Made by a program: the position numbers and the translations under genes. A DNA stretch of 49,395 nucleotides from an uncultured Saprospiraceae bacterium (GTDB taxonomy: Bacteria > Bacteroidota > Bacteroidia > Chitinophagales > Saprospiraceae). Positions 26,475 through 36,000 of this stretch are shown one piece after another (position 1 is the first letter of the stretch; the number at the start of each line of letters is the position of its first letter). The stretch lies in NCBI GenBank assembly GCA_964458135.1, contig CAYWHT010000001.1, forward strand, positions 1-49,395, read 5' to 3'. A model generated the notes under the pieces. It saw only the letters and a program-made list of their open reading frames with translations, had not been told where the DNA came from and did not search any database.

Positions 26475-27650
26475 ATGATGCTACGACGACTCATGGTGAC
26501 ATCTTCGGCTATTATCGCTGCGTTAAGCGCGATCGCCAATCCCGCGATCGCACAGGAAACAGAGAATTCTGCCGATGGCGGCAACGACTCTGAATCTATC
26601 GATACTAGCGGCAATACGGGGACAGTCGAGCAAGTTCAAGGCGACGTTACCGATACGGCTAGCGATATCGAAGAACAGGTGAGCGACGTTACCGGAGATA
26701 TCAATGAGGAAATTGATAATACTACAGAGGAATTAGGCGATGCCATTGGCGATGTTACTGATAGCAGCAGCGATGGTAATAGTGGTGGTGGGTTGTTCGA
26801 GGATAGTAGCGTTCTCAGTAATGTCCCCGATTCCGGGAACCTCGGCAATATTTCTGAGGGTATAAACGAAACCGTCGGCGACGTGCAAGAGTCGGTCGGT
26901 AACGTTCAAGAGTCGGTCGGTGGCGTTATCGAAAATGCTGAGAGTAGCGTCGAGGATTTGATTGCGTCGATCTCGGGACTCAATATTCTCGAACAGTTCG
27001 GACTCGCCGATCTCGGAGAAATTCTATCTTCCACTGATGAGATAGTTTCCGGTGGAAACTCCAGCTCTGGCAGCGAGGGCGATAGCTCCTCGGGAAACAA
27101 TACGGTAATTGGCAGCCTCGGCTTACCCAATCCTGGCAAAGTCGAGCACAAAATCGATAATGCCAGCACCAACCCAGCCAGCGAAATTTTGGCGACTAAG
27201 CAAGGCGGCGAAGGGTCGCCAGTTATCAAAGAAGATGCTGCCGACGAGTTTAAATCGGACTTAGCCTCTGAAGTAGCCCGCGCCTCTGCATTATCAGAGC
27301 AAGGGCAAGAAAAATTAGCTCAAAACGCTAAAGCTGCTCAAACAGCCACTCAAAAGTCGCTAAAGCTGGCGAAGAAGAGTGCAAATACTGACGTTTCGCA
27401 GAATATCATGCGAAATCTCAGCGCTCAACAAGCTATCCAGGGCAAGATGACGGCACTAGAAGTGGTTGACGCCCAGCTTAGGCAGCGCGACGATGCCTTG
27501 CGAAACTTGACCCTCTCCAGTGCATTAGACGAACTCCAACGCAATCGCGCCGCCGAACGACGCAAAGGAGCAAGTGCCTACAGTGGTGCATTAAATTCGG
27601 GCGCACAGGTGGTGGTTCCCGGCGTAACTGTTGAAGATGACGGAGGATAA
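26475..27650 (+). CDS. Secreted acidic repeat protein occupying the VirB5 position
   Basis: The signal peptide reads MMLRRLMVTSSAIIAALSAIANPAIAQE. Asp/Glu/Ser/Gly-rich repeats follow (VGDVQESVGNVQESVGGV), and the C-terminal half is helical. A TAGGAGGT box precedes the ATG. Confidence 0.6.
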   Translation: MMLRRLMVTSSAIIAALSAIANPAIAQETENSADGGNDSESIDTSGNTGTVEQVQGDVTDTASDIEEQVSDVTGDINEEIDNTTEELGDAIGDVTDSSSDGNSGGGLFEDSSVLSNVPDSGNLGNISEGINETVGDVQESVGNVQESVGGVIENAESSVEDLIASISGLNILEQFGLADLGEILSSTDEIVSGGNSSSGSEGDSSSGNNTVIGSLGLPNPGKVEHKIDNASTNPASEILATKQGGEGSPVIKEDAADEFKSDLASEVARASALSEQGQEKLAQNAKAAQTATQKSLKLAKKSANTDVSQNIMRNLSAQQAIQGKMTALEVVDAQLRQRDDALRNLTLSSALDELQRNRAAERRKGASAYSGALNSGAQVVVPGVTVEDDGG

Positions 27651-28799
27651 ATGCTACTCCTCAGATTTTTAGATATTCTCCCCCATCTTTTTGCCCAATC
27701 AGGCAGCGAAGCTGCTGCGAATATGGTGATAGACTCGCTGAATTTGCAGCAGCAGATTCGCGCATCCTGGGACGATATTTGGAAGTCCGCGCTAGATTGG
27801 CAGTCAGCGGATTCTCCGTACCTATTACTGGTTAAACTAAGTTCGACTCTTGCCTTCTTTATTTTGATTTACCTGTTTATCAAAAAGGGCGAGGAAATCA
27901 GCAAGAGCAAGTACCTAGGCTCGGTTATCGAGATGTTTATGATGCCCTTAGTTTACATAATTTTTGTTGGCACTAATGGCAAACTTCTAGCGCAGATTAT
28001 TCTTACATTGCGAGGAGTTGCAGAATCGGAAATTGAAAGACTTAACCAGATAAAAATTGGTGGGATTCAAATCTCAAACGCCACCTTACAGGTGCAGACA
28101 AATATTCTAGGGCAAGAGCGAATTCGGCAAGTTTATAGCGAGTGCCAGGGCGCAATTGGCGAAGATCTAACGAAATGTCTCCAAAGTAAGCAATCTGAAG
28201 CACAAGGAATTGTTAATGGTTTGGAGCAACAATTACCAGACAATGTTTCTCTGGAACCACTACAAAATTTTGCTGATACTATTGGCGGAATTACTGGTGT
28301 AAGTTCGGTAGCAGAAACTGCTGGAAATCTCGTTCAAGGTAATTTTATCGAAATTATCCAAAATCAGCTTTATCCAATTTTAAAAAATTTACTCTACGCA
28401 ACACAATGGGCTTTTATTAATATGGTAGAAGCGGCTCTAGTGCTAACCGCCGTTATTGCTCCTTTAGCTCTTGTGTTCTCGCTTCTACCCACTTCAGGAA
28501 AGCCAATTTGGGCTTGGGCTAGTGGCTTTATTTCGCTATATGGGTTAAAACTTTTCTATTCAATTATCGTGGGAATTATCGCTACAGTAATCGTGAATAC
28601 GGACGGTAGTCTCGCCGAACTTGGCTCAGAGTTTGGTTTCCTGATTTTCTTGTCCCTCCTCGCGCCATTTATCTCTACCGCCCTCGTAAGTTGGGGAGGC
28701 GTGTCGCTTTACCAGGGCATTCAGAGCCGAGCAACTGCCATCCTTGGTGCAGCTTTAGATGGAGTGGGTAGCATGGGCAAAATGATGATGGGGAAATAA
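27651..28799 (+). CDS. VirB6/TrbL-like polytopic membrane protein
   Basis: At least five hydrophobic helices are predicted. The position, between the VirB4/B5-position genes and the VirB8-like gene, supports the call. Confidence 0.6.
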   Translation: MLLLRFLDILPHLFAQSGSEAAANMVIDSLNLQQQIRASWDDIWKSALDWQSADSPYLLLVKLSSTLAFFILIYLFIKKGEEISKSKYLGSVIEMFMMPLVYIIFVGTNGKLLAQIILTLRGVAESEIERLNQIKIGGIQISNATLQVQTNILGQERIRQVYSECQGAIGEDLTKCLQSKQSEAQGIVNGLEQQLPDNVSLEPLQNFADTIGGITGVSSVAETAGNLVQGNFIEIIQNQLYPILKNLLYATQWAFINMVEAALVLTAVIAPLALVFSLLPTSGKPIWAWASGFISLYGLKLFYSIIVGIIATVIVNTDGSLAELGSEFGFLIFLSLLAPFISTALVSWGGVSLYQGIQSRATAILGAALDGVGSMGKMMMGK

Positions 28800-28800
28800 T

Positions 28801-29565
28801 ATGTTTTCATCTAAAAAGGATAACGATCCAAACAAAAACGGGTACCTAAACTCATCATCGTCTAATACCAAGGGCGATATGATTCAGGGCAACGAGAATA
28901 GAGTACTAATACTGCTTTTAATTTTGTCGGGCAGTTTGTTGATTAGCTTGCTTGCAATCGTGGTGCTTCTTTTTAATAATCGCGCTCTTGCAGAACGCGA
29001 AAACACCTACGTTCAAATGAACGATGGTTTTACTAAAGAAATCAGAGAATTTAATGTCAGCCATCGCGAAGCAAGCACGATTAAACAGACTGTAAGCACT
29101 TGGGTACAACTTACTTTTGAATGGGATAATCGAATTCCAGGATCGAGCGCTACTGATAAGGGATTTGAAATTAATGAAGAGACAATTCCCACGAAGTCGT
29201 ACCTGGCAAGTTACATTATGCAAGAAGGGTTTCGCCAACAGTTCTTGACACAGCTTGGGTCTGAAGTAGTTCCGCCTGATGTCTTTACGGGGCAGCGGCG
29301 CTCGACTGTAAGAATTTATGACATCTCCAATCCGCGCCAAGTGGGAGAGGGAACTTGGGAGATTGACGTTGTATCTTCTCGAATCGAAACTGTGGGCGGA
29401 CGCGAGGATCGAGAGGTTGAATTCAACCGCACTTTCACAGTTGAAGCCATCCCGCCAATCGAATCAGCATTAAAGGAGCAAGAGTCGAGCGCTTGGCGCA
29501 AACAGGTTTACGACCTGACCACAAACGGATTGATAATTACGCAGATTGAACCACTCGACGTATAG
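28801..29565 (+). CDS. VirB8-like bitopic protein
   Basis: It has a short cytoplasmic N-terminus and one transmembrane helix (VLILLLILSGSLLISLLAIVVLLF). A periplasmic domain of about 190 aa has alternating beta pattern (TWEIDVVSSRIETVGGREDREVEFNRTFTVEAI). The call is based on topology and position. Confidence 0.55.
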   Translation: MFSSKKDNDPNKNGYLNSSSSNTKGDMIQGNENRVLILLLILSGSLLISLLAIVVLLFNNRALAERENTYVQMNDGFTKEIREFNVSHREASTIKQTVSTWVQLTFEWDNRIPGSSATDKGFEINEETIPTKSYLASYIMQEGFRQQFLTQLGSEVVPPDVFTGQRRSTVRIYDISNPRQVGEGTWEIDVVSSRIETVGGREDREVEFNRTFTVEAIPPIESALKEQESSAWRKQVYDLTTNGLIITQIEPLDV

Positions 29566-29578
29566 GGAGATATTTTTA

Positions 29579-31609
29579 ATGGTTGAAGACAACAACTTAC
29601 AACAGTGCGAGGATATTCACGACAATGGAAATGGGGACAGCGAGGACGATGATTATACCTTAATCGTCTCTCCGGATTCCGATTTAGAGGAGCATAACGA
29701 GCAGCAAGAGCATGGCGAGGGCGAGGATAATCTTGCAAGCCTTGCTGGACTTGAACCCGACGAAGAGGATTTGCTAGTCGAGGAAGGGGCAAGGCTTGAC
29801 CTTGATAGTGACGAGGAGCAAGAAGGACGCGATCTGGCTTCTTCGCCCATCTCTCGAACAGCGGTAGTCGCTGGTGGGGTGGGATTACTCGTGTTTTTCG
29901 TAGTTGGGGCAATTTCTCTTTTTACTGGTAGCGGCGGCGAACAACAAATTGGCGAACGCAATCAGCGCCAGGAGGATACTGCTCAATCCGACTCCTACTC
30001 AAAAAGCGATCGTTACAAGTCCAAGCTGGCATTAGTCGGTCAGGAGAAAGGGCAACAAGAGGTTCAGCAGCAACCTCAAACCACTCCCGTTCGAGAGCAA
30101 CAACAACAAGGTGAAGGCGGTGGCGAACAGCGAACGCAGCAGCAGTCGCAGCAACAACAGGAGGAGCAGGGAGGACGACTGTATAATCCACCACCACAAC
30201 AGCCACAATCGCAACCGCAGCCACCATTGCCAAGCGGCGCAACTGAGCCAAATCCCGCCGAGCCACAAAGGGTCAGACAACGACCACCGCAACCGCAACG
30301 ACAACGACTGCAACCGCAACAACAAGAACAGGAGGAGCAGATCGATCCGCTTTCGCGCTGGAGCAAACTTGCATCGGCAGGTTCTCGTGGTGGGCAATTT
30401 TCGCGGGTGCAGCCAGTTGAAACGCTGGAACAACGACAGGGCAACGGGCGACAAGCGGCAAGCAACCAAGTGGCAGCGCAAATTCCTTCTCCCGAGTTGC
30501 AGAACGGGGGGCGCATCATGCAGGTTATGCCGGACGAACAACAAGATTCGCGCGCAAGTGCGTCCGCTCAAGGACGGCAAAGACAAAATCAACCGTCGCG
30601 GCGGCAGGTAGAAGGCTTCCCGGAAGCAACCATTGGCGACGATCCAGTTTATGACAATGAAAACCAGGAGCAACAAAACGATCGCCGTCAGGTGCAACCT
30701 CAACCGATGCAACCGATGAATGACAATTGGAATGACCGTTCCAGTTACCCGCACACACAAGACACACAAGGGCAACGGCAGCAGTCGCGGGACTTCAATG
30801 GGGGCAACAACGATCGAGTGCTAACGCCTTTACCGGCGACTAAGCAAGCTTCTCGCCAGCACCAGCGAACGCCTGGAGAGCAGGGCATTCTACAACGACA
30901 GCGGCAGCGCAGTAGCGAAGACAACGATCAACAGCAATCTCACCAACAAGCAGTAATGCGTGTGGCTATCGGGACGAGCGCTCGGGCAAAAGTATCGACT
31001 CCCATTGTCGCCAGCACCAGCGGCAAAACGGTGGGCAGATTTGCTGTAGAACTCACGCGCCCCCTGCAATCGACGGATGGCAAGGTGGCATTGCCCGCAG
31101 GGTCGATCTTGATTACCGACGTACTTGCCATCGACGACAATAGCCGCGCGATTCAACAAACTGTGGTTGCCGTGGTTTATCCCGATCGCGATGGGGAGAT
31201 TCGCCAGGAGATTATCGAGCGCAATACTCTCCTGGTGCGTGGAAGCGATGGGGGAGCGCTGATTGCCAGTCTCGAAGGGGGGGCGGCTGAAGCAGGGTCG
31301 ATCGAAGACGTGCGCGCTGGCGCAGTTGGGGCGCTCGAAAATGTCGGTGAGGTTGCCAATCAAGCCGATGTATTTTCTACTTCCAGTGCTTCGAGTGGGG
31401 GCGATGATTCCTCAACCGTAACGACTACCACGGTCGAACGCGACGATAACAGCTTGGCTGCTGCTGCATTAGAGGGATTTTTTGGGGAAGTGGGCGATCG
31501 CTTGGAGGAGCGATCGGAAGATCGTCTGCAATCTGCTCCGGTACTGGAGGTCGAGAGTGGCGAGGAAGTCGTGGTTTTCGTTAACGGATTTTTGGAGGTT
31601 CGCAGATGA
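29579..31609 (+). CDS. VirB10/TrbI-like protein with Gln/Pro-rich linker
   Basis: It has an acidic N-terminus, a transmembrane helix (AVVAGGVGLLVFFVVGAISLF) and a long Q/P-rich region. The C-terminal beta domain reads RVAIGTSARAKVSTPIVAS...GKVALPAGSILITDV...LLVRGSDGGALIA. The ATG at 29579 has a GGGAGA box upstream. Confidence 0.65.
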   Translation: MVEDNNLQQCEDIHDNGNGDSEDDDYTLIVSPDSDLEEHNEQQEHGEGEDNLASLAGLEPDEEDLLVEEGARLDLDSDEEQEGRDLASSPISRTAVVAGGVGLLVFFVVGAISLFTGSGGEQQIGERNQRQEDTAQSDSYSKSDRYKSKLALVGQEKGQQEVQQQPQTTPVREQQQQGEGGGEQRTQQQSQQQQEEQGGRLYNPPPQQPQSQPQPPLPSGATEPNPAEPQRVRQRPPQPQRQRLQPQQQEQEEQIDPLSRWSKLASAGSRGGQFSRVQPVETLEQRQGNGRQAASNQVAAQIPSPELQNGGRIMQVMPDEQQDSRASASAQGRQRQNQPSRRQVEGFPEATIGDDPVYDNENQEQQNDRRQVQPQPMQPMNDNWNDRSSYPHTQDTQGQRQQSRDFNGGNNDRVLTPLPATKQASRQHQRTPGEQGILQRQRQRSSEDNDQQQSHQQAVMRVAIGTSARAKVSTPIVASTSGKTVGRFAVELTRPLQSTDGKVALPAGSILITDVLAIDDNSRAIQQTVVAVVYPDRDGEIRQEIIERNTLLVRGSDGGALIASLEGGAAEAGSIEDVRAGAVGALENVGEVANQADVFSTSSASSGGDDSSTVTTTTVERDDNSLAAAALEGFFGEVGDRLEERSEDRLQSAPVLEVESGEEVVVFVNGFLEVRR

Positions 31610-32487
31610 GACGAGTTATTGCAGTTACCGCTGCCGTTGTCATTGGCGTTGCAGGTGTTGCAGCCCGCGCCGATGCCCAACAGCTTCCGCCGCCACCACC
31701 GGAGCCGGAGTCGGAGTTTCTGCCTGAAATCGAGCGGCAACAGCAAAGCGTCGCTTTTGTATCGCAGACTCGGGCGTATCGCTACACCACACCAGTACGA
31801 ATCTATCCAGGGCGCAATACCACGATTGAATTTCGCACGGATGAGGCGATTACCTTCGTCCAACTTAGCGATTTGAGCGAAATTGTCTACGAGACGAACG
31901 CGCCACTTCCATCGGGGCAAGCTAAGGTAATCGTTTTGCGGCAAATCCGCCCGCTCGATATCGAAGGGACAACCAATTCAGCAATTCCAAATCTTACGGT
32001 TTCGACCGTCGATCGCCAGGGCAACTTGCGAACCTACACCTTCAACCTCCTGGTACGCGATGGGGCTTTAGCAGCAGTTCCAGTCAATGACAAAACTAAT
32101 GGCGTGGCAATTGTACCCAACCAACAGGCTGAGGCGGAGCGACTGGCACTGCGGCGTAACGAACAGGGATTGCAATTTGTCAATACTCGCAGGCAACACC
32201 AGCACAATACCCTCGAAACTCAGATGGGAACTGCCACCTTGGGCGATATCAAGCTTGGCTTACAGGTTGCAATCGAGCGCGGCTATACGCCGAGCGACGA
32301 TCCAGTTGTCTACAACGTGCAACAAACCCTAGCGATTGCGCGAAATGGGACGCCCTTGCAACAAGCTATGCAGCAGACTCAGGTTGGACAAGAGGTGATG
32401 GTCGAACTGGGCGAAATCGGAATTGAGTCGGCAATTTTATCTGACAAGAAACCAAGTTACCAGCAGCAAGTCGAACAGGAGATTTAA
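31606..32487 (+). CDS. VirB9/TrbG-like protein
   Basis: The signal peptide reads MRRVIAVTAAVVIGVAGVAARADAQ. The VirB9-like pattern is RIYPGRNTTIEFRTDEAITFVQLSD...IPNLTVSTVDRQGNLRTYTFNLLV. The start overlaps the virB10-like stop (ATGA). Confidence 0.6.
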   Translation: MRRVIAVTAAVVIGVAGVAARADAQQLPPPPPEPESEFLPEIERQQQSVAFVSQTRAYRYTTPVRIYPGRNTTIEFRTDEAITFVQLSDLSEIVYETNAPLPSGQAKVIVLRQIRPLDIEGTTNSAIPNLTVSTVDRQGNLRTYTFNLLVRDGALAAVPVNDKTNGVAIVPNQQAEAERLALRRNEQGLQFVNTRRQHQHNTLETQMGTATLGDIKLGLQVAIERGYTPSDDPVVYNVQQTLAIARNGTPLQQAMQQTQVGQEVMVELGEIGIESAILSDKKPSYQQQVEQEI

Positions 32488-32489
32488 TA

Positions 32490-32699
32490 ATGCATCCGCT
32501 AGTCAAAAAAAAATTTGTAGACAAAAATCCCTCTACTATCAGTATTTGGGTGAATGGAATTCAAGTGATTCGGATAGTTAATAAGACATTAGTTATACGT
32601 CGAAAGGCAGATAAAAATGTTAGACTGCTAACCATTCATTTAGATGACAATCCTCAACCTGAATATGCGATCGTTCGTTCAAACAATAGACTTAGGTAA
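32490..32699 (+). CDS. Small basic hypothetical protein (69 aa)
   Basis: The ATG lies 3 nt after the upstream stop, with a GGAG box upstream. No motif was recognised. Confidence 0.35.
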   Translation: MHPLVKKKFVDKNPSTISIWVNGIQVIRIVNKTLVIRRKADKNVRLLTIHLDDNPQPEYAIVRSNNRLR

Positions 32700-32708
32700 A
32701 ATTTCTTG

Positions 32709-33089
32709 ATGACATTTTTGGCAGCAAACATGGCTGATATTAAACAAAAACAGCAAGAGAAGCAAGCAATTCAAGTTGCAGATAGTGCAAATCGAATTTT
32801 GGACGTGGCAGAAAGAGAAGATTTAGATGTCAAAAATGATGATGGAAGCGTTTCAGTGGAAGGTGATACCTATAAGGTTTTTCGTAAAGACAATAAAATT
32901 ACAATTGACAAAAAAAATAAAGAAAGTCGCGTTGTTCAAGATTCTGGAAATATTGTTGAGAATAAAGGAGTAACTCAAAAAGATGCCGAAATTTTTGAAG
33001 AAATGGCAAATAAGATGGAGCAACACGAGCAGCACCAAATTAACCAAAGAAAAGCTCAACAGAGAAAATCTAAAGAACCCGAGCTTTAA
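32709..33089 (+). CDS. Small protein consisting of the shared C-terminal module (see findings)
   Basis: ...DSANRILDVAE...SVEGDTYKVFRKDNKITI...KGVTQKDAEIFEEMANKMEQHEQHQINQRKAQQRKSKEPEL aligns by eye with the C-termini of the relaxase, the giant protein and the 286-aa protein. Confidence 0.5.
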   Translation: MTFLAANMADIKQKQQEKQAIQVADSANRILDVAEREDLDVKNDDGSVSVEGDTYKVFRKDNKITIDKKNKESRVVQDSGNIVENKGVTQKDAEIFEEMANKMEQHEQHQINQRKAQQRKSKEPEL

Positions 33090-33094
33090 TACTG

Positions 33095-36000
33095 ATGCCC
33101 GAGCGCGATCGAACGAACAACTTAGCCAATCATTTTCGAGATCGGTTTCTAGCTGGCGATCGATTTCAATCAATTACCCAGGCAAGAAAATCGGTATCGG
33201 ATTATTTAGGACAACCGATTCAACCGGGGTCACGCCAAGCCAAACAACTTGACGAATCTGTCGAGCAAGGATTGGTTCGGGCGGCGAAGGCAATCATTCA
33301 AGCTGGGGAAGACTCGGGCGATAGTCCCGCAGCGACCTACGATCGCTTGGTGGACTTGTACCAACGGCAACCGAGACTCGGAACGCGCAGTTCGACCTCG
33401 ATCGAGCGCCAGCAGTACAGTACGCCAGTGCCAATTGCCTACCTTGCCTCTCGATTGGCGGGAGTAGATCGCGATTGCGATGTGTACGAACCCACTGCCG
33501 GACACGGAGCGCTTCTAGCTGAAGCCGACCCTCAACGCTCAACTGTCAACGAACTCGATGACGATCGCGCTGCCGATTTACATCGCCAGGGGTACGAAGT
33601 TACCCAACACGATGCGGTTAATTGGCGTCCGGGGAGGCAGGCTGATGTGGTAATTGCCAATCCTCCGTTCGGTTGCCGCCAGGGACAAAACGGCAGAGCC
33701 GAGCAGTTTGAAATTGGCGGCGATCTCACCAAAATTCGCACGATCCACCTCGACCATGCAATCGCGTGGAAATCTCTCGAAGCGATGAAGGACGATGGGC
33801 GTGCCACGCTAATTTTGGGGAGCGAACATGGGACGCAACAATCGCGCTCGGACAAATATAACCAGCAACAAAATAGAGGATTTTTCTACAACCTCTATAA
33901 GAACTACAACGTGACAAACCATTTCACTATTGATGGCGGTTTGTACGGGCGGCAGGGGGCAGGATTTCCAATTGACGTGATTCAGATCGACGGACGTGGC
34001 ACATCCCAGCGCGAGCTTCCCGCCGCTGACGTACCGAAGCTCTATACCAGTTACGACGAACTCAAGGAAACCTTGAATTATGGTGTTAGTCGAGAACGCA
34101 CAGCAAGTTCAGATCGAGATGCCAGACTATCCATATTTCCAGAATCCCAACGTTTGGAAGCCGATGGAAATGGCAGAGGGTGCGCGCCGGACGCCCCAGT
34201 TTTGGCAGATCCTCCTGCCGAGCAACCAAACTCAAATAGTAGACTACATGGACTATCGGAGTCTGGTAGCCGACAAGGTAGAGTGGCTGATCTACCACTA
34301 CAGTTGGCAGCTAGAGATTCCTCTGATCGAAGTATTCGACTATATCGCGACCAAAGCGAAGAAAATCGAAGGCGTTTCGATGACCCCAGAACGGATAACC
34401 AGCGCTCGGGGGTGGGCACAGATTCTGACCGAGAATTCGTGGTTGCGGGCAATGTGGCAGCTAGAGATTCCGATGGAGCAGCGCGAGCTTCCGCTACAAA
34501 TCCTCCAGGACGAGGAGGAGAAGGAGCGAGTCATCGAGGGGATTCAGGAAGGGATGAACCTCGAAGAATGGTTACTCGAAATTCTGGTCGAGTAAAAAAA
34601 CATCGAGAACCATCGCCATTTACCGAGTTTGAGGAATCATCTATGCCAGAAGACGACAATCGCAATAATCCAGAACAACAGCAGGTTCGCTATCAGCCAC
34701 AGAGCAAGCATTCTTCGCTGGATACGCTTATCCCGCGCAACTTGCAAGGATCGGCTAGAGAGAGTTTGGACAGCCTGGAAGAACGGGTAGGTGGCGACAT
34801 TGATGAATTCGTGCGCGATTGCGTGGGATTTGAATCGGAGGAAGATTCGAAAGATGCCCTAGCTGGCGAACAAGTCGATGGAACCGCGCTCGCGATCGAC
34901 CGAATTGAAAATGACCAGGGGGCACTAATTGGCGACCAAACGGGAGTTGGGAAAGGTCGCCAATTGGCATCAATTCTTAAATATGCCAAGGAAACCGACC
35001 GCACGCCCATTTTCGTGACGCAAAAACCATCCCTCTACGCTGATATGATTCGCGATTTAGAGGATGTTGGCGAAGCGGGATTTAACCCGTTCGTAACCGA
35101 TCGAGATACCAAGGTGCCGCTTCCGGACGGACGTGAAATCAATACCAAGCCAGGACAGAAAAAGCAGGAAATCGACGATATTCTCAAGTCGGGCGAACTT
35201 CCAGACGAATACGATGGGATATTTACCACGTACTCGCAAATGCAGACGGTAAGAGGGAAAGAACCGCCTCGCCGCGAACTACTGCGCCAGTTTGCACCAA
35301 ATTCCGTGATGGTGCTCGACGAAGCCCACGAAGCAGGTGGATCGCCCGATCGCCAATCGCTACCAGGGCAAGCCTCCAATCGTGCCGAATTTGCCAGGGA
35401 GCTAGTGGACGACGCCGAAGGGGTTGCATTTTCTAGCGCTACGGCAATCAAGCGCCCAGACGTGCTGGACTTGTACGGGCGGCGCACGGGAATGACCGAA
35501 GCACTTGGGGGCGTAAAAGACTTGCAAAATGTCTTGGAGGGGGGAATCCCCTTGCAACAAGCCTCCAGTGCCATGCTGACGCGGGATGGCAACTACACTC
35601 GGCGCGAACGCAGCTATGAAGGCGTCGATTTTGGCATCGAGCAGGTTGATGTATCGCGCGAATCAACCGATGGCATGGCAGAAATTATGGGGTCGATCCT
35701 CCAGTTCGATCGCGCCAAGCAAGATGCGGTTATTTCCATTGACGAGGAATTGAAAAAAGAAGCCAAATCGGTCAGCGAAGACAATGCAATCGGTAAATCT
35801 GGCGCGGATAGCACTAACTTTACAGCGCTGATGCACAATGTGATGGATCAGGCTCAAGTTGCGCGGAAATCCGACCAGATGGCAGATGAAGCAATTGCTT
35901 CGCTGGAGCGCGATGAGAAACCCGTGATTGCTGTCTCCAATACAATGGGCAGCTTTATCGAGCAGGTGGCAGAGCGCGATGACCTCCATCGAGGGGACGA

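Noticed and set aside
29922-30775. Multiple ORFs on both strands within the Gln/Pro-rich part of the virB10-like gene (for example 30032-30775 minus strand and 30111-30611 plus strand)
   Set aside because: They are artefacts of the CAG/CAA/CCA-rich low-complexity coding sequence, giving poly-Leu, poly-Cys or Arg-rich translations.
34080-34595. 171-aa ORF in the +1 frame inside the linker of the giant gene, looking protein-like while the main frame is Arg/Ser/Asp-rich with many CGA/AGA/CTA codons
   Set aside because: Off-frame and antisense ORFs of equal or greater length are common in this window (for example 1498-2055, 9812-10468, 13062-13844, 30032-30775 and 35035-35592). Several frames are open across this purine-rich stretch. 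The alternative frame is unusually Trp-rich and uses GAG/CAG against the local GAA/CAA preference. A disordered linker in the main frame is the simpler explanation. It would only be worth revisiting with Ribo-seq or per-frame conservation data.
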